Shown here: positions 49,114-58,219 of the stretch, piece after piece
Position numbering within the stretch: position 1 is the first letter of the stretch
Layout: each line of letters starts with the position of its first letter
Origin: Actinomycetota bacterium
Lineage (GTDB): Bacteria > Actinomycetota > UBA4738 > HRBIN12
Direction: 5' to 3'
Assembly: GCA_026003015.1 (NCBI GenBank)
Contig: BPGL01000001.1
Coordinates: 282,297 to 346,296 of the forward strand
DNA length: 64,000 nt
Position numbers and translations under genes: made by a program
The notes under the pieces: model-generated
The model's database searches: none
Told to the model about the DNA's origin: nothing
The model's input: only the letters and a program-made list of their open reading frames with translations

Positions 49114-50389
49114 ATGCGGAACCCGCGCGCGCACCCGCACCGCCTCCGCCGTGAGGAGGGCTTCACGCTGGTCGAGGCGATGGCCTCGCTCACGATCCTC
49201 ACCGTGGCGGCCTTCGCGATCGCCCAGGCGATCGCCTTCGGTCTGAAGACGAGCGGCATGTCCCGCCAGCGCCTCGCGGCCCGGGCGGCGGCCGAGCAGC
49301 AGATGGAGCTCGCCCGCGCGCTCAACTACGACACCCTGGTGCTCAACGACGCGGCGCCGATCCCCCATGAGAGCGACCCGAGCCACCCCGACCACTGGGT
49401 GAACGAGGCGGCGCAGACGTTCGACCCCGACGGCGCCGGCAGCCTCGCCGCGGAGCCGATCATCCGCCAGGCGGGCGCCTCACCGGCCCTGCAGCACGTC
49501 CAGGCCCCCTTCGAGGCGGGGAACACCTCGTTCGAGGTCTACCTGTACGTGACGTGGGTGGACGCGCCCGGGGACGGGTTGGGGGTCGGCCGACGCGGCC
49601 GACGGTGACGGCGACGGCGTCTCGGACGCGAACGGCCAGGACCACAAGCGCGTGACCGTGGCGGTCCGTTGGCGCGACGGCGCGACCGGCGACTGGCGCC
49701 TCGAGCGGATGAGCTCGCTGTTCTCGCGAGGCGTCGTGCCCTACCACGCGACCTCGGGCACGCCCTCGCCGAGCCCCTTGGGATCCCCGAGCCCCTCGCC
49801 CTCGCCGAGCCCGTCGCCCCTCGCCGAGCCCGTCGGGATCCGGGCCCGCCTGCAGCGTGACGATCGCCGGCGGCGCCGCCTACACGACGCAGACCGTCGT
49901 CACGCTCACGCTCTCCTCGAGCCAGAGCCCGACCCACATGCAGTTCTCGAACGACGGCTCGACCTGGGGGACGAAGGAGGCGTACGCGACCTCGACGATC
50001 TACACGCTGCCCTCGGGGGGGAGGGGACGAAGACGGTCTACGTCCGGTGCTGGACGAACGACACCGTCGGGCCGGTGGCGAGCGACACGATCATCCTCGA
50101 CTCGACGCCGCCGGGTGCCCCGACGAACCTGCAGGCCTCCTCGAGCGTGTCCGGGTCGACGAGGTACGTGACGCTCACGTGGTCCGCGCCCTCGCCGCTC
50201 GGCGACGTCGTCGGCTACCGCGTGTACCGGAGGCTCACGACCTCGAGCACGTGGACCCAGGTCGCGTGCAGCGGATCGGGAACGACCTGCTCCGACAGCT
50301 TCAAGAAGCAGGACCACTACGAGTACTACGTCGTCTCCTACGACGCGGCCGGCAATGAGAGCGCGCACAGCAACCACGTCACGGTCTAG
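49114..50389 (+). CDS. Large minor pilin (PilV-like) with acidic DxDGDG loop, Pro/Ser linker, Ig-like and fibronectin type III domains (indels near 49590, 49850, 50020)
   Basis: EEG|FTLVEAM; DGDGDGVSD; PSPSPSPSP; TIAGGAAYT...FSNDG..W...GTKTVYV...DTIILD; PGAPTNL...LTWSAP...YRVYR...YYVVSYDAAGNES. Confidence 0.75.
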
Positions 50390-50871
50390 CGAGCAGGGCT
50401 TCACCCTCGTGGAGCTCCTGGTCACCTTCGCGCTGCTCGGCATCGTCGCGACGGCGGTGATCGGGATCGCGATGCGGGCGTTCTCCGACACCGCGACGAT
50501 CGTCGATCGCCGCGACGTGTTCGCCGACGGGCGGCTCGCGCTGGACCGGCTGAGCAAGCAGCTCCGGCAGGCCGAGTCGATCGACACCGCCTGGAGCACC
50601 ACGAGGCAGGTCAGGTTCACCGGCTACCTCAACGGGGCGAGTCGGGACGTTCGCCTGGCGCGTCGTCGGCTCAGCGCCTCCGTACCGCCTGCAGGAGTCC
50701 CGCAACGGCGGCACGACCTACACGACGGTCGTCTCGTCGCTCGCGAGCCCGGATGTGTTCACGCTGACGACGCACGGCGGGGTCGCCGACCAGGTGACGA
50801 TCGACCTGACGCTCACGACCCGCACGACGACCGTCGCCCTCAGATCCGACGTCTTCTTGCGCAACGCCTGA
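50355..50871 (+). CDS. Minor pilin (PilW-like; frameshift near 50645)
   Basis: EQG|FTLVELLV, R.ALDRL.KQLRQA, C-terminal V.LRN. Confidence 0.85.
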
Positions 50872-50884
50872 GAGGAGTTCATCG

Positions 50885-52355
50885 ATGCGCGCGTTCGACC
50901 GACTCCAGCGAGACGAGGGTGGGTACGCCCTCGCGATCACCGTCCTGCTCGTGGCGGTGATGATGGTCCTGATGGTGGTGTCGCTCGACGCGGGGTCGTC
51001 GGCGCTGCGCCGGAGCCAGGAGGGGCTGCGCTGGGCCCGCACGCTGACGGTGGCGGAAGCGGGGATCAACCAGGCGATCACCCAGCTCTCGCAGAACCGG
51101 ACGGCCGCGTCCCCGTGCCCGCTGGGATCCACGAGTGTGTGCACCGGTGAGGGCGGACAGTTCCAGGTGAGCTGGACCGGCCAGGCCGACGGGAGCCTCG
51201 TCGTGAACGCGCGCGGCTACTACCCGTCGCTCGCCTCGCCGCGGGTACCAGCGCGAGGTACGCGTCGTGCTCGAGCCGGTGCCGACCTTCCGCTACGCGC
51301 TGTTCTCCCTGGACACCCTCACGGTGAAGAACAACGCGGTGATCGTCGGCGACGTGTACTCGGCTGCGAGCGTGGCCGTCGACCAGAACCAGGTGATCTG
51401 CGGCAGCGTGATCGCCGCCGGCGGCAACGTCTCGATCGGGAACAACACGCAGATCGTCAGGTCGCACGCGTCCTCGGGATGCTCGGGGAAGGACGGCAGC
51501 GTCTGGGCGAACGGATCGATCAGCCTCGGCACGACCGCGACGGTCGGCGGGGACGCGAAGGCCTCGGCGCCGAGCGGCACCACGTGCAACGCGACGTCGA
51601 CGAGCTACCAGATCACCGACGGGCAGGTCCAGGGCAACGCGACCGCCTGCGGCCGGATCACCTCGACCGTCGGGGGGACGCGCTCCCCGGGCACGAACAC
51701 GACGCCGCCGGCGGTGGAGCCCCTGCCGACCTTCACGTTCGACGTGAACAACTACCCGAGCCTGCAGTGCTACCCGAGCACCGGGACCTGCGGCCCGAGC
51801 AACACGTCGACGACCGCGGTCTCCTCCTTCAACACCTACGTCTCGGCGAACAAGACCTCGCTGCGGGGCACCTTCGCAGTGTGGCAGTCGAGCCCCTCGC
51901 AGTCGACGAAGGTCAACCTCGACGGGATCCGGCTCGGCGGCGACCTCACGATCATCACGAACGCGCCGGTCGACTTCGGCAACACCTCGGACGTGACGCT
52001 CGCGCCGGGGGTGAGCTCGGCCGAGCTCGTGATCGTTTCGTTGTACGTGCCGCCGGTGAACACGACGTGCGATACGAACGGGGGCGAGTGCAGCATCTAC
52101 GCGAAGAACTCGGTCACGTTCGACGACGGGGTCGACGCGGACCCCAACGACGGGATCGCCGCCCTGCTGTACACGCCGGGGAAGATGGCCTTCAAGAACT
52201 CGGGCGGCTCGAACAGCAACGGCGAGGGCGCCCTGTACGCGGGCGGGATGGACCTGAAGAACGGGTTCCAGATCGAGTACAACGGGCGCATCCAGAAGGT
52301 CCTGGGGTTCGGCGTCGGGCTCGAGCAGACCCTCTGGCAGGAGCTGAACGTCTGA
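50885..52355 (+). CDS. PilX-like minor pilin with a large Cys-containing, beta-rich C-terminal domain (frameshift near 51250)
   Basis: DEGG|YALAITVLL (no Glu5), VAEAGINQA PilX motif, F.YALFS, repeated V.GD/G.V.A.G.V.I units, ends WQEL. Confidence 0.8.
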
Positions 52356-52397
52356 GCTTCCCCGATCCCGAACCGTGTCGGCGGTAGGGTGCCGCCG

Positions 52398-53177
52398 ATG
52401 AGCGACGCGTGGGTGCGAGCGCTGGTCGCGCTCCCGTTCGGCCTGGTGATCGGCAGCTTCATGACCGTCGTCGTCGCCCGCGTGCCGACCGGGGCATCGG
52501 TCGTGCGCCCCCGCTCGCGGTGCCCGTCGTGCGGGGGGCCGGTCCGCGCGCGCGACAACGTCCCGGTGCTGAGCTGGGTGCTGCTGCGCGGTCGGTGCCG
52601 CGCGTGCCGCGCCCCGATCTCGGTGGCCTACCCCCTCCTGGAGCTCTCGACGGCGGTGCTGTTCGCGGGGTCGTTCGCCGCGCACGCCGATCCCTGGGCC
52701 GGTGCGCTCGTCGCCGCGCTCCTGTCGCTCATGCCGGCGATCGCCGCGATCGACCTTCGCCACCGCATCATCCCGAACCGCCTCATGTACCCGGCGCTTG
52801 CCGCCTTCCCGCTCTTCGTGCTCCTCGGGTGGCTCGCAGGAGGGACCCCGGATCCGGTGCGGGCGGCGATTGGGTTCGCGGCCTTCGGGGGAGGCCTGTT
52901 CCTGGTCGCCATCGTGAGCGGCGGGATGGGGATGGGCGACGTCAAGCTGGCCGCCCTGGAGGGCGTCGCCCTCGGGGCGCTGGGCCTTGCCCGGGTCGGG
53001 GTCGCCGCGGGGGTCGCCGTCGCGGTGGGTGGCCTGGTCGCGATCGCGGCCCTGCTCGCCGGGCGTGGACGGCGGGCCGCGATCCCGTTCGGCCCGTCGC
53101 TCGCCGCCGGGGCCGTGGCGGCCGGCCTGTGGGGTCCGCAGCTCGCCGACCTGTACCTCCGGGCGCTGCGCGGCTAG
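52398..53177 (+). CDS. pilD: Prepilin peptidase/N-methyltransferase (A24)
   Basis: GSF..VV..RVP, RSRCPSC, DNVPVLSW..LRGRCRAC, IDL....IPN, GMG.GDVKL, IPFGP; TAGGGT -10 7 nt upstream. Confidence 0.95.
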   Translation: MSDAWVRALVALPFGLVIGSFMTVVVARVPTGASVVRPRSRCPSCGGPVRARDNVPVLSWVLLRGRCRACRAPISVAYPLLELSTAVLFAGSFAAHADPWAGALVAALLSLMPAIAAIDLRHRIIPNRLMYPALAAFPLFVLLGWLAGGTPDPVRAAIGFAAFGGGLFLVAIVSGGMGMGDVKLAALEGVALGALGLARVGVAAGVAVAVGGLVAIAALLAGRGRRAAIPFGPSLAAGAVAAGLWGPQLADLYLRALRG

Positions 53178-53314
53178 GGCGAGGGCGACGCCGCCCGATC
53201 CCGACCGTCTCGGGCTGCAGCAGCTGCCGGTCCAGAAAGTCCCCGGAGGTGTTTGACTCGGCCCTCGCCGCGGTGTTCCCTGAGCGCGCTCGTGACGGCC
53301 GATGCGCCGAGACG

Positions 53315-53350
53315 AGCCACATGTTGAACACGAGGCACATGGAGCACATC
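53315..53350 (+). repeat. Four tandem imperfect 9-bp direct repeats
   Basis: AGCCACATG/TTGAACACG/AGGCACATG/GAGCACATC, with ACA at the same register in all four, overlapping the start of the HTH gene. Confidence 0.6.
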
Positions 53351-53587
53351 CACTTCCCCGCTCCGCTCCGTGAGGCGACGGACCCCGGCCGCGAGCCCGG
53401 CCGCCCCGGGGTCCTGCTCACCGTCGCCGAGGTCGCGGCGATCCTTCGCGTCTCGACGATGACGGTCTACCGCTTGATCCGCACCGGGCAGCTGGCCGCG
53501 GTGCGCGTGGGCCACGGCTGGAGGATCCCGCAGGACGCCGTCGAGCGCTACCTCGCGTCCCGCACGGTCGGCGTGGAGGAGGCCTGA
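53339..53587 (+). CDS. Excisionase/BldC-like MerR-type winged-HTH DNA-binding protein
   Basis: LLTVAEVAAILRVSTMTVYRLIRTGQLAAVRVGHGWRIP...V..YL; TGATG-coupled to pilM; start ATG 53339 or 53321. Confidence 0.88.
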   Translation: MEHIHFPAPLREATDPGREPGRPGVLLTVAEVAAILRVSTMTVYRLIRTGQLAAVRVGHGWRIPQDAVERYLASRTVGVEEA

Positions 53588-54654
53588 TGGCCCGCGGCAG
53601 GATCGGCCTCGACATCGGCTCGACCGCCGTGCGCGCGGCCGAGGTCGCCTGGACCGCGGCCCCCGCCGTCGTACGCGCGGCCCAGGTTCCGCTGCCCGCC
53701 GGCGCCGTGGAGAGCGGGGAGGTCCGCGACGCCGAGGCCGTGGCGGCGGCTCTCAAGGAGCTGTGGCACGAGGGCGGCTTCAAGGCCCGCCAGGTCTGGA
53801 TGGGGATCGGGAACCAGCGGGTCTTCGTGCGGGAGGTGGTGATCCCCTGGCTCCCGGACAAGGAGCTCCGCGCGTCGCTGCCGCTGCAGGTTCAGGAGTT
53901 CCTGCCGATGTCCGCCGACGAGGTCGTCCTCGATCACGTCCCGGTCGCGGAGTTCGAGCAGGAGGACCGCCGGATGCTGCGGATCCTGCTCGTGGCGGCC
54001 CAGCGGACCGCGGTCGACGCGGCGGTGCGCGCGGTGCAGGCGGCGCGCTTGGAGCCGCTGGGCCTCGATCTCGTCCCCTTCGCCCTCGTGCGCGCCGTGG
54101 GGACCGACGACGGCGCCCTGGGGCTCGAGGAGCAGGGGGAGGAGGCGATCGTCGACATCGGCGCGCACGTGACGAACATCGTCGTCCACGCGCGCGGCAC
54201 GACCCGGTTCGTGCGGATCGTCCCGGCGGGCGGACGCGACATCACGACCGCGGTCGCGCGAGCCTTCGGGGTCGACGACGAGCTCGCCGAGCGACTGAAG
54301 CGCGGCGAGCCGGTGGGCGACCAGGAGGCCGCCGAGCCCCCGGCGCCAGACGAGGTCCGCTCCGTGGCGTTGACGCGTGCCGCGGCCTTCGTCGACGAGA
54401 TCCGTTCCTCGCTCGAGTTCTACACGGCGCAGGCCAAGGACGCTCGGATCGGCAGGCTCCTGGTCACCGGGGGTGGATCGAAGCTCGACGGGCTCCTGGA
54501 CGTGATGCGCGAGCGGATCCCCCTGCCGGTGGACCCAGCCCGCGTCTTCGAGCACGTCGCCTCCCAGCTCAGCTGGAGCCCCGAGGAGGCGGCCGACCAC
54601 GAGCCGCTGCTCACCGTCGCGGTCGGCCTCGCGATCCCGGGGAGGGACGCGTGA
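53587..54654 (+). CDS. pilM: Type IV pilus assembly protein PilM
   Basis: Actin-like fold: IGLDIGSTAVR, LP.GAV..GE, VDIGA..T, EIRSSL.FY, VTGGGS, AVGLA. Confidence 0.94.
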   Translation: MARGRIGLDIGSTAVRAAEVAWTAAPAVVRAAQVPLPAGAVESGEVRDAEAVAAALKELWHEGGFKARQVWMGIGNQRVFVREVVIPWLPDKELRASLPLQVQEFLPMSADEVVLDHVPVAEFEQEDRRMLRILLVAAQRTAVDAAVRAVQAARLEPLGLDLVPFALVRAVGTDDGALGLEEQGEEAIVDIGAHVTNIVVHARGTTRFVRIVPAGGRDITTAVARAFGVDDELAERLKRGEPVGDQEAAEPPAPDEVRSVALTRAAAFVDEIRSSLEFYTAQAKDARIGRLLVTGGGSKLDGLLDVMRERIPLPVDPARVFEHVASQLSWSPEEAADHEPLLTVAVGLAIPGRDA

Positions 54655-55271
54655 GCCAGGTCAACCTGCTGCCGCCCGAGGTCCTCGAGGCTCAGCGCTG
54701 GCGTCGCCTGTCGGGGCTCATCGCGATCGGCGGGCTCGCGGTGATCGGGCTCATCCTCGTCTTCTACCTGATGCAGGTCGTGACGCTGGGGGGTGTGCGC
54801 GACGACATCGACGCGCAGCGGGCGACGAACGCGCAGCTGCAGTCCCAGGTCGCGGAGCTCCAGCGCTTCGAGGACCTGCAGATCCGCGCCCAGGCCAAGC
54901 AGGAGCTCCTCGGCGCCGCCTTCGCCGGCGAGACGAGCCTGTCGGGGCTGCTGATGGACCTGTCGCGGGTGATCCCCTCCGACGCCGCGTTGGACTCGCT
55001 CACGGTGAGCCTCACGCCGCCGAGCGACGAGGACGAGCCCGCCGAGCCGGGGGCGCCGGTGTTCGTCGGCACGATCTCGACGACCGGGGCCGCCGAGGGC
55101 ATCGACTCGCTCAGCACCTGGCTCACGCGCCTCGAGCAGGTCGAGGGCTGGGTCAACCCGTGGATGAGCTCGATCTCGCGGCGGGAGGCGGGCGATGACG
55201 TCTTCACGTTCACCTCGGGCGTCGACCTCACCTCCGACGTCCTCACGAGCCGGGGGCGGCAGGTCGGATGA
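54651..55271 (+). CDS. pilN: Type IV pilus assembly protein PilN
   Basis: QVNLLPPE N-terminal PilM-binding motif, TM, coiled coil, L..LS..IP. Confidence 0.9.
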   Translation: MSQVNLLPPEVLEAQRWRRLSGLIAIGGLAVIGLILVFYLMQVVTLGGVRDDIDAQRATNAQLQSQVAELQRFEDLQIRAQAKQELLGAAFAGETSLSGLLMDLSRVIPSDAALDSLTVSLTPPSDEDEPAEPGAPVFVGTISTTGAAEGIDSLSTWLTRLEQVEGWVNPWMSSISRREAGDDVFTFTSGVDLTSDVLTSRGRQVG

Positions 55272-55873
55272 GGGGCCGGCGCGGTCCGCTGCTCGTCGTG
55301 GCCGGCGTGCTCGGCCTCGCCCTCCTGCTCGTCGTCGTGCTCGTGCTCCCGAAGATGAGCGAGGTCTCCGCGGCCAGGGCCGAGCTGGAGGAGGCCGAGC
55401 GCGAGCAGGTCACGCTCGAGTCGCGCCTGCGCGCGCTCGAGGAGGCGCGGGACCAGGCGCCGACGTCGCGCGAGATCATCCGGGAGATCGAGCGGCAGAT
55501 CCCGCCGACCGCCGACCTTCCGGGCTTGATCCTCCTGCTGCAGAACGCCGCGGTCGGGTCGGGCCTGGATCTGGTGACCCTCACGCCCGGCACGCCTGCG
55601 TTCGACGAGACGACGGGGCTGTCGACGATCGACGTGGCGATCACCGCCGAGGGCTCGTACTTCGACGTGGCGGAGTTCATGTTCCGGATCGAGACGCTGC
55701 CGCGGGCCGCGCGGGCCACGAGCCTGTCCCTGTCCCCGGCCGGGGAGTCGGACACGGCCGGGTCTCCGACGCTGTCCTTCGCGGGCAACGTCACGTTGTT
55801 CACGAGCGACACGAGCGCCGGCCCGGGCTCGATCCCCGGTCCGACGACCGAGGTCCCCGAGGAGGAGGGCTGA
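55268..55873 (+). CDS. pilO: Type IV pilus assembly protein PilO
   Basis: TM, coiled coil, IP...DLP.L, I...GSY.....F...IE.LPR. Confidence 0.88.
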   Translation: MRGRRGPLLVVAGVLGLALLLVVVLVLPKMSEVSAARAELEEAEREQVTLESRLRALEEARDQAPTSREIIREIERQIPPTADLPGLILLLQNAAVGSGLDLVTLTPGTPAFDETTGLSTIDVAITAEGSYFDVAEFMFRIETLPRAARATSLSLSPAGESDTAGSPTLSFAGNVTLFTSDTSAGPGSIPGPTTEVPEEEG

Positions 55874-55876
55874 GGG

Positions 55877-56433
55877 ATGCGGCTCAGCGACCGCGACCGA
55901 CGCACCCTTCGGATCGGCGGGATCGTCGCCGGCGCCCTCCTGGTCCTCGCGTTGGCGGTGAACCTGCTGATGGGCGGCGGCGAGGAGGAGGTCGCGGCGC
56001 CGACCCCGACCGCGACGGTCGGCCCGACGGTCTCGCCGACCCCGACCCCCAGCCCGCCGCCGCCCCGGTCGCCGTGTTCACCGGCCGCGATCCGTTCTCC
56101 CAGCCGCCGGCGCTCGCGCCGCCCTCGACGACCCCGACCTCGCCGACGACCTCGCCGACCGGATCGCCGACCGGATCGCCGACGGGATCCCCGACAGCGC
56201 CGGGAGGAGACCAGAGCCACCAGGTGGGGGGCGACACGATCGTGCTGCTCGACGTCTTCACGGTGAGCGGCGTCGAGCGGGTCCAGGTGGAGGTGAACGG
56301 CCGCGTCTTCGACGTGGCGGAGGGCGAGACCTTCGCCGGCGGGCGATACCGGCTGCGGTCGATCACCGGGCGGTGCGCGACGTTCGTCCGCGGCGACGAG
56401 GCGTTCACCCTCTGCGTGCAGCCGCAGAAGTAG
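55877..56433 (+). CDS. Membrane-anchored pilus-associated protein in the PilP position (frameshift near 56065)
   Basis: LSDRDRR plus TM, P/T linker, GRDPF motif, beta domain V.V.G..FDV..GETFA with a Cys pair. Confidence 0.65.
56137..56196 (+). repeat. Five 12-bp coding tandem repeats (TSPT/GSPT)
   Basis: ACCTCGCCGACG ACCTCGCCGACC GGATCGCCGACC GGATCGCCGACG GGATCCCCGACA. Confidence 0.8.
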
Positions 56434-56573
56434 GCGAGCTCGAGGCCCCGGCGATCCGCCCACGGGGGGAGCGGTCGCCGGCCGCGAGGGCGGTCCCCCA
56501 GCGGGGCCGCCCTCGCACCGTCCTGGGGCGGGATCGGGCCGGTCCCGATGCGCCGGTCCCTATGATGGGCGCC

Positions 56574-57725
56574 ATGCTGCGCTACCTCACGGCCGGCGAG
56601 TCCCACGGCAAGGGACTCGTGGCCATCCTCGAGGGGCTCCCGGCCGGGGTTCCCTACCGGTCCGAGGACCTCGACCACGAGCTCGCACGGCGCCGGACGG
56701 GCTACGGGCGCGGCGGCCGGCAGAGGATCGAGCGCGACCGGTTCGACGTGGTGAGCGGGGTTCGCCACGGGCGGACGCTCGGCACGCCGATCGCCGTGAC
56801 GATCCCCAACGTGGAGTGGGAAACGCGGTACCGCGACCTGATGGCCACCGAGGGAGAGCCCGATCCCGGCGCGCGCCTCACGCGGCCGCGGCCGGGCCAC
56901 GCGGACCTCGTCGCGGTCCTGAAGTACGGCCTCGACGACGTGCGCGACGCCCTGGAGCGGGCGAGCGCGCGCGAGACCGCCGCACGCGTGGTGGTCGGCG
57001 CGTTCTGCAAGGCGTTCCTGCGGGAGCTCGGCGTGCGGGTCGTCTCCCACGTCGTGCGCATCGGCCGCGCCGCGGCCCCCGCCCGCTCGCGGCCGACGCC
57101 CGAGGACCTGGAGCGGGTCGACGCCTCGCCGGTGCGCTGCCTCGACCCGGAGGCGTCGGAGCGGATGGTCGCCGAGATCCAGGCCGCCCGTCGGAACCGC
57201 GACACGGTCGGGGGCGTGTTCGAGGTCCTCGCCTACGGGGTCCCGGTGGGGTTGGGCTCCCACGTCCACTGGGATCGCAAGCTCGACGCGCGCCTGGCGG
57301 CCGCGCTGATGTCGATCCAGTCGGTCAAGGGGGTCGAGGTCGGCGACGGCTTCGCCCTCGCGACCCGTCCGGGGTCCCGCGCGCACGACGAGATCGTGGT
57401 GCGAGGCGGACGCCTGGCCCGGCGGACGGGCCGAGCGGGCGGGATCGAAGGGGGGATCTCGACGGGTCAGCCGATCCGCGTGCGCGCCGCGATGAAGCCG
57501 TTCTCGACCGTGCCCCGACCGCTGGCGACGGTGGACCTCGCGACCGGGGAGCCGGCCACGGCGATCCGTCAGCGCACCGACGTGTGCGCCGTCCCCGCCG
57601 GCGCGGTCGTCGGGGAGGCCGTGGTCGCGTTCGTGCTGGCCGAGGCGATGCTGGAGAAGTTCGGCGGGGACTCCCTGCCCGAGACGCGCCGCAACCTCGA
57701 GGCGTACGTGGAGGGGCTCCCGTGA
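56574..57725 (+). CDS. aroC: Chorismate synthase
   Basis: [35 protein letters not shown]; TATGAT 7 nt upstream (leaderless). Confidence 0.97.
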   Translation: MLRYLTAGESHGKGLVAILEGLPAGVPYRSEDLDHELARRRTGYGRGGRQRIERDRFDVVSGVRHGRTLGTPIAVTIPNVEWETRYRDLMATEGEPDPGARLTRPRPGHADLVAVLKYGLDDVRDALERASARETAARVVVGAFCKAFLRELGVRVVSHVVRIGRAAAPARSRPTPEDLERVDASPVRCLDPEASERMVAEIQAARRNRDTVGGVFEVLAYGVPVGLGSHVHWDRKLDARLAAALMSIQSVKGVEVGDGFALATRPGSRAHDEIVVRGGRLARRTGRAGGIEGGISTGQPIRVRAAMKPFSTVPRPLATVDLATGEPATAIRQRTDVCAVPAGAVVGEAVVAFVLAEAMLEKFGGDSLPETRRNLEAYVEGLP

Positions 57726-58219
57726 TCGTCTACCTCGTCGGGATGCCGGGGTCGGGCAAGTCGACCGTCGGACGGGAGCTCGCCGGTCGGCTCGGCGTCC
57801 CGTTCGTCGACCTCGACGCAGAGATCGAACGGGAGGCGGGCCGAGGGGTCACCGAGATCTTCGAGGCGGAAGGGGAGGCGGGCTTCCGCGCCCGGGAGGC
57901 TCGGGCGCTGCTCGAGGCCGGACGCCACGACCCCTCCGTCGTCGCGTGCGGGGGTGGCGTCGTGCTCGAGCCAGCGAACCGGATCACGCTTCGCAACACC
58001 GGGATCTGCGTCTTCCTCGACGTCCCCCTCGAGATCCTGCGCCGCCGCGTCGAGCCCTCGGCCGCCCGGCCGCTGATCCGCCGAGAGGGGGACCTGGAGC
58101 AGTTGCTCGCGGCCCGCGAGCCCCTGTACCGGGAGTTCGCCGCCCACGTCGTGGACGGCAGCGGCTCGCCGGGGCAGGTCGCCGAGGCGATCATCGAGGA
58201 GCTGCGTTGGAGCGCGTGA
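57722..58219 (+). CDS. aroK: Shikimate kinase
   Basis: [31 protein letters not shown]. Confidence 0.96.
   Translation: MIVYLVGMPGSGKSTVGRELAGRLGVPFVDLDAEIEREAGRGVTEIFEAEGEAGFRAREARALLEAGRHDPSVVACGGGVVLEPANRITLRNTGICVFLDVPLEILRRRVEPSAARPLIRREGDLEQLLAAREPLYREFAAHVVDGSGSPGQVAEAIIEELRWSA

Noticed and set aside
53339-53587. Prophage or ICE excisionase marking a mobile element
   Set aside because: No integrase, att sites or phage genes; the gene is translationally coupled to pilM
56137-56196. Non-coding repeat array or iterons
   Set aside because: The 12-bp units are in frame and encode a TSPT/GSPT linker
44297-56433. Type II secretion system or Tad pilus
   Set aside because: PilT with the AIRNLIRE-like motif, PilM/N/O and a long type IVa pilin are present; no secretin and no Flp/TadA-type genes
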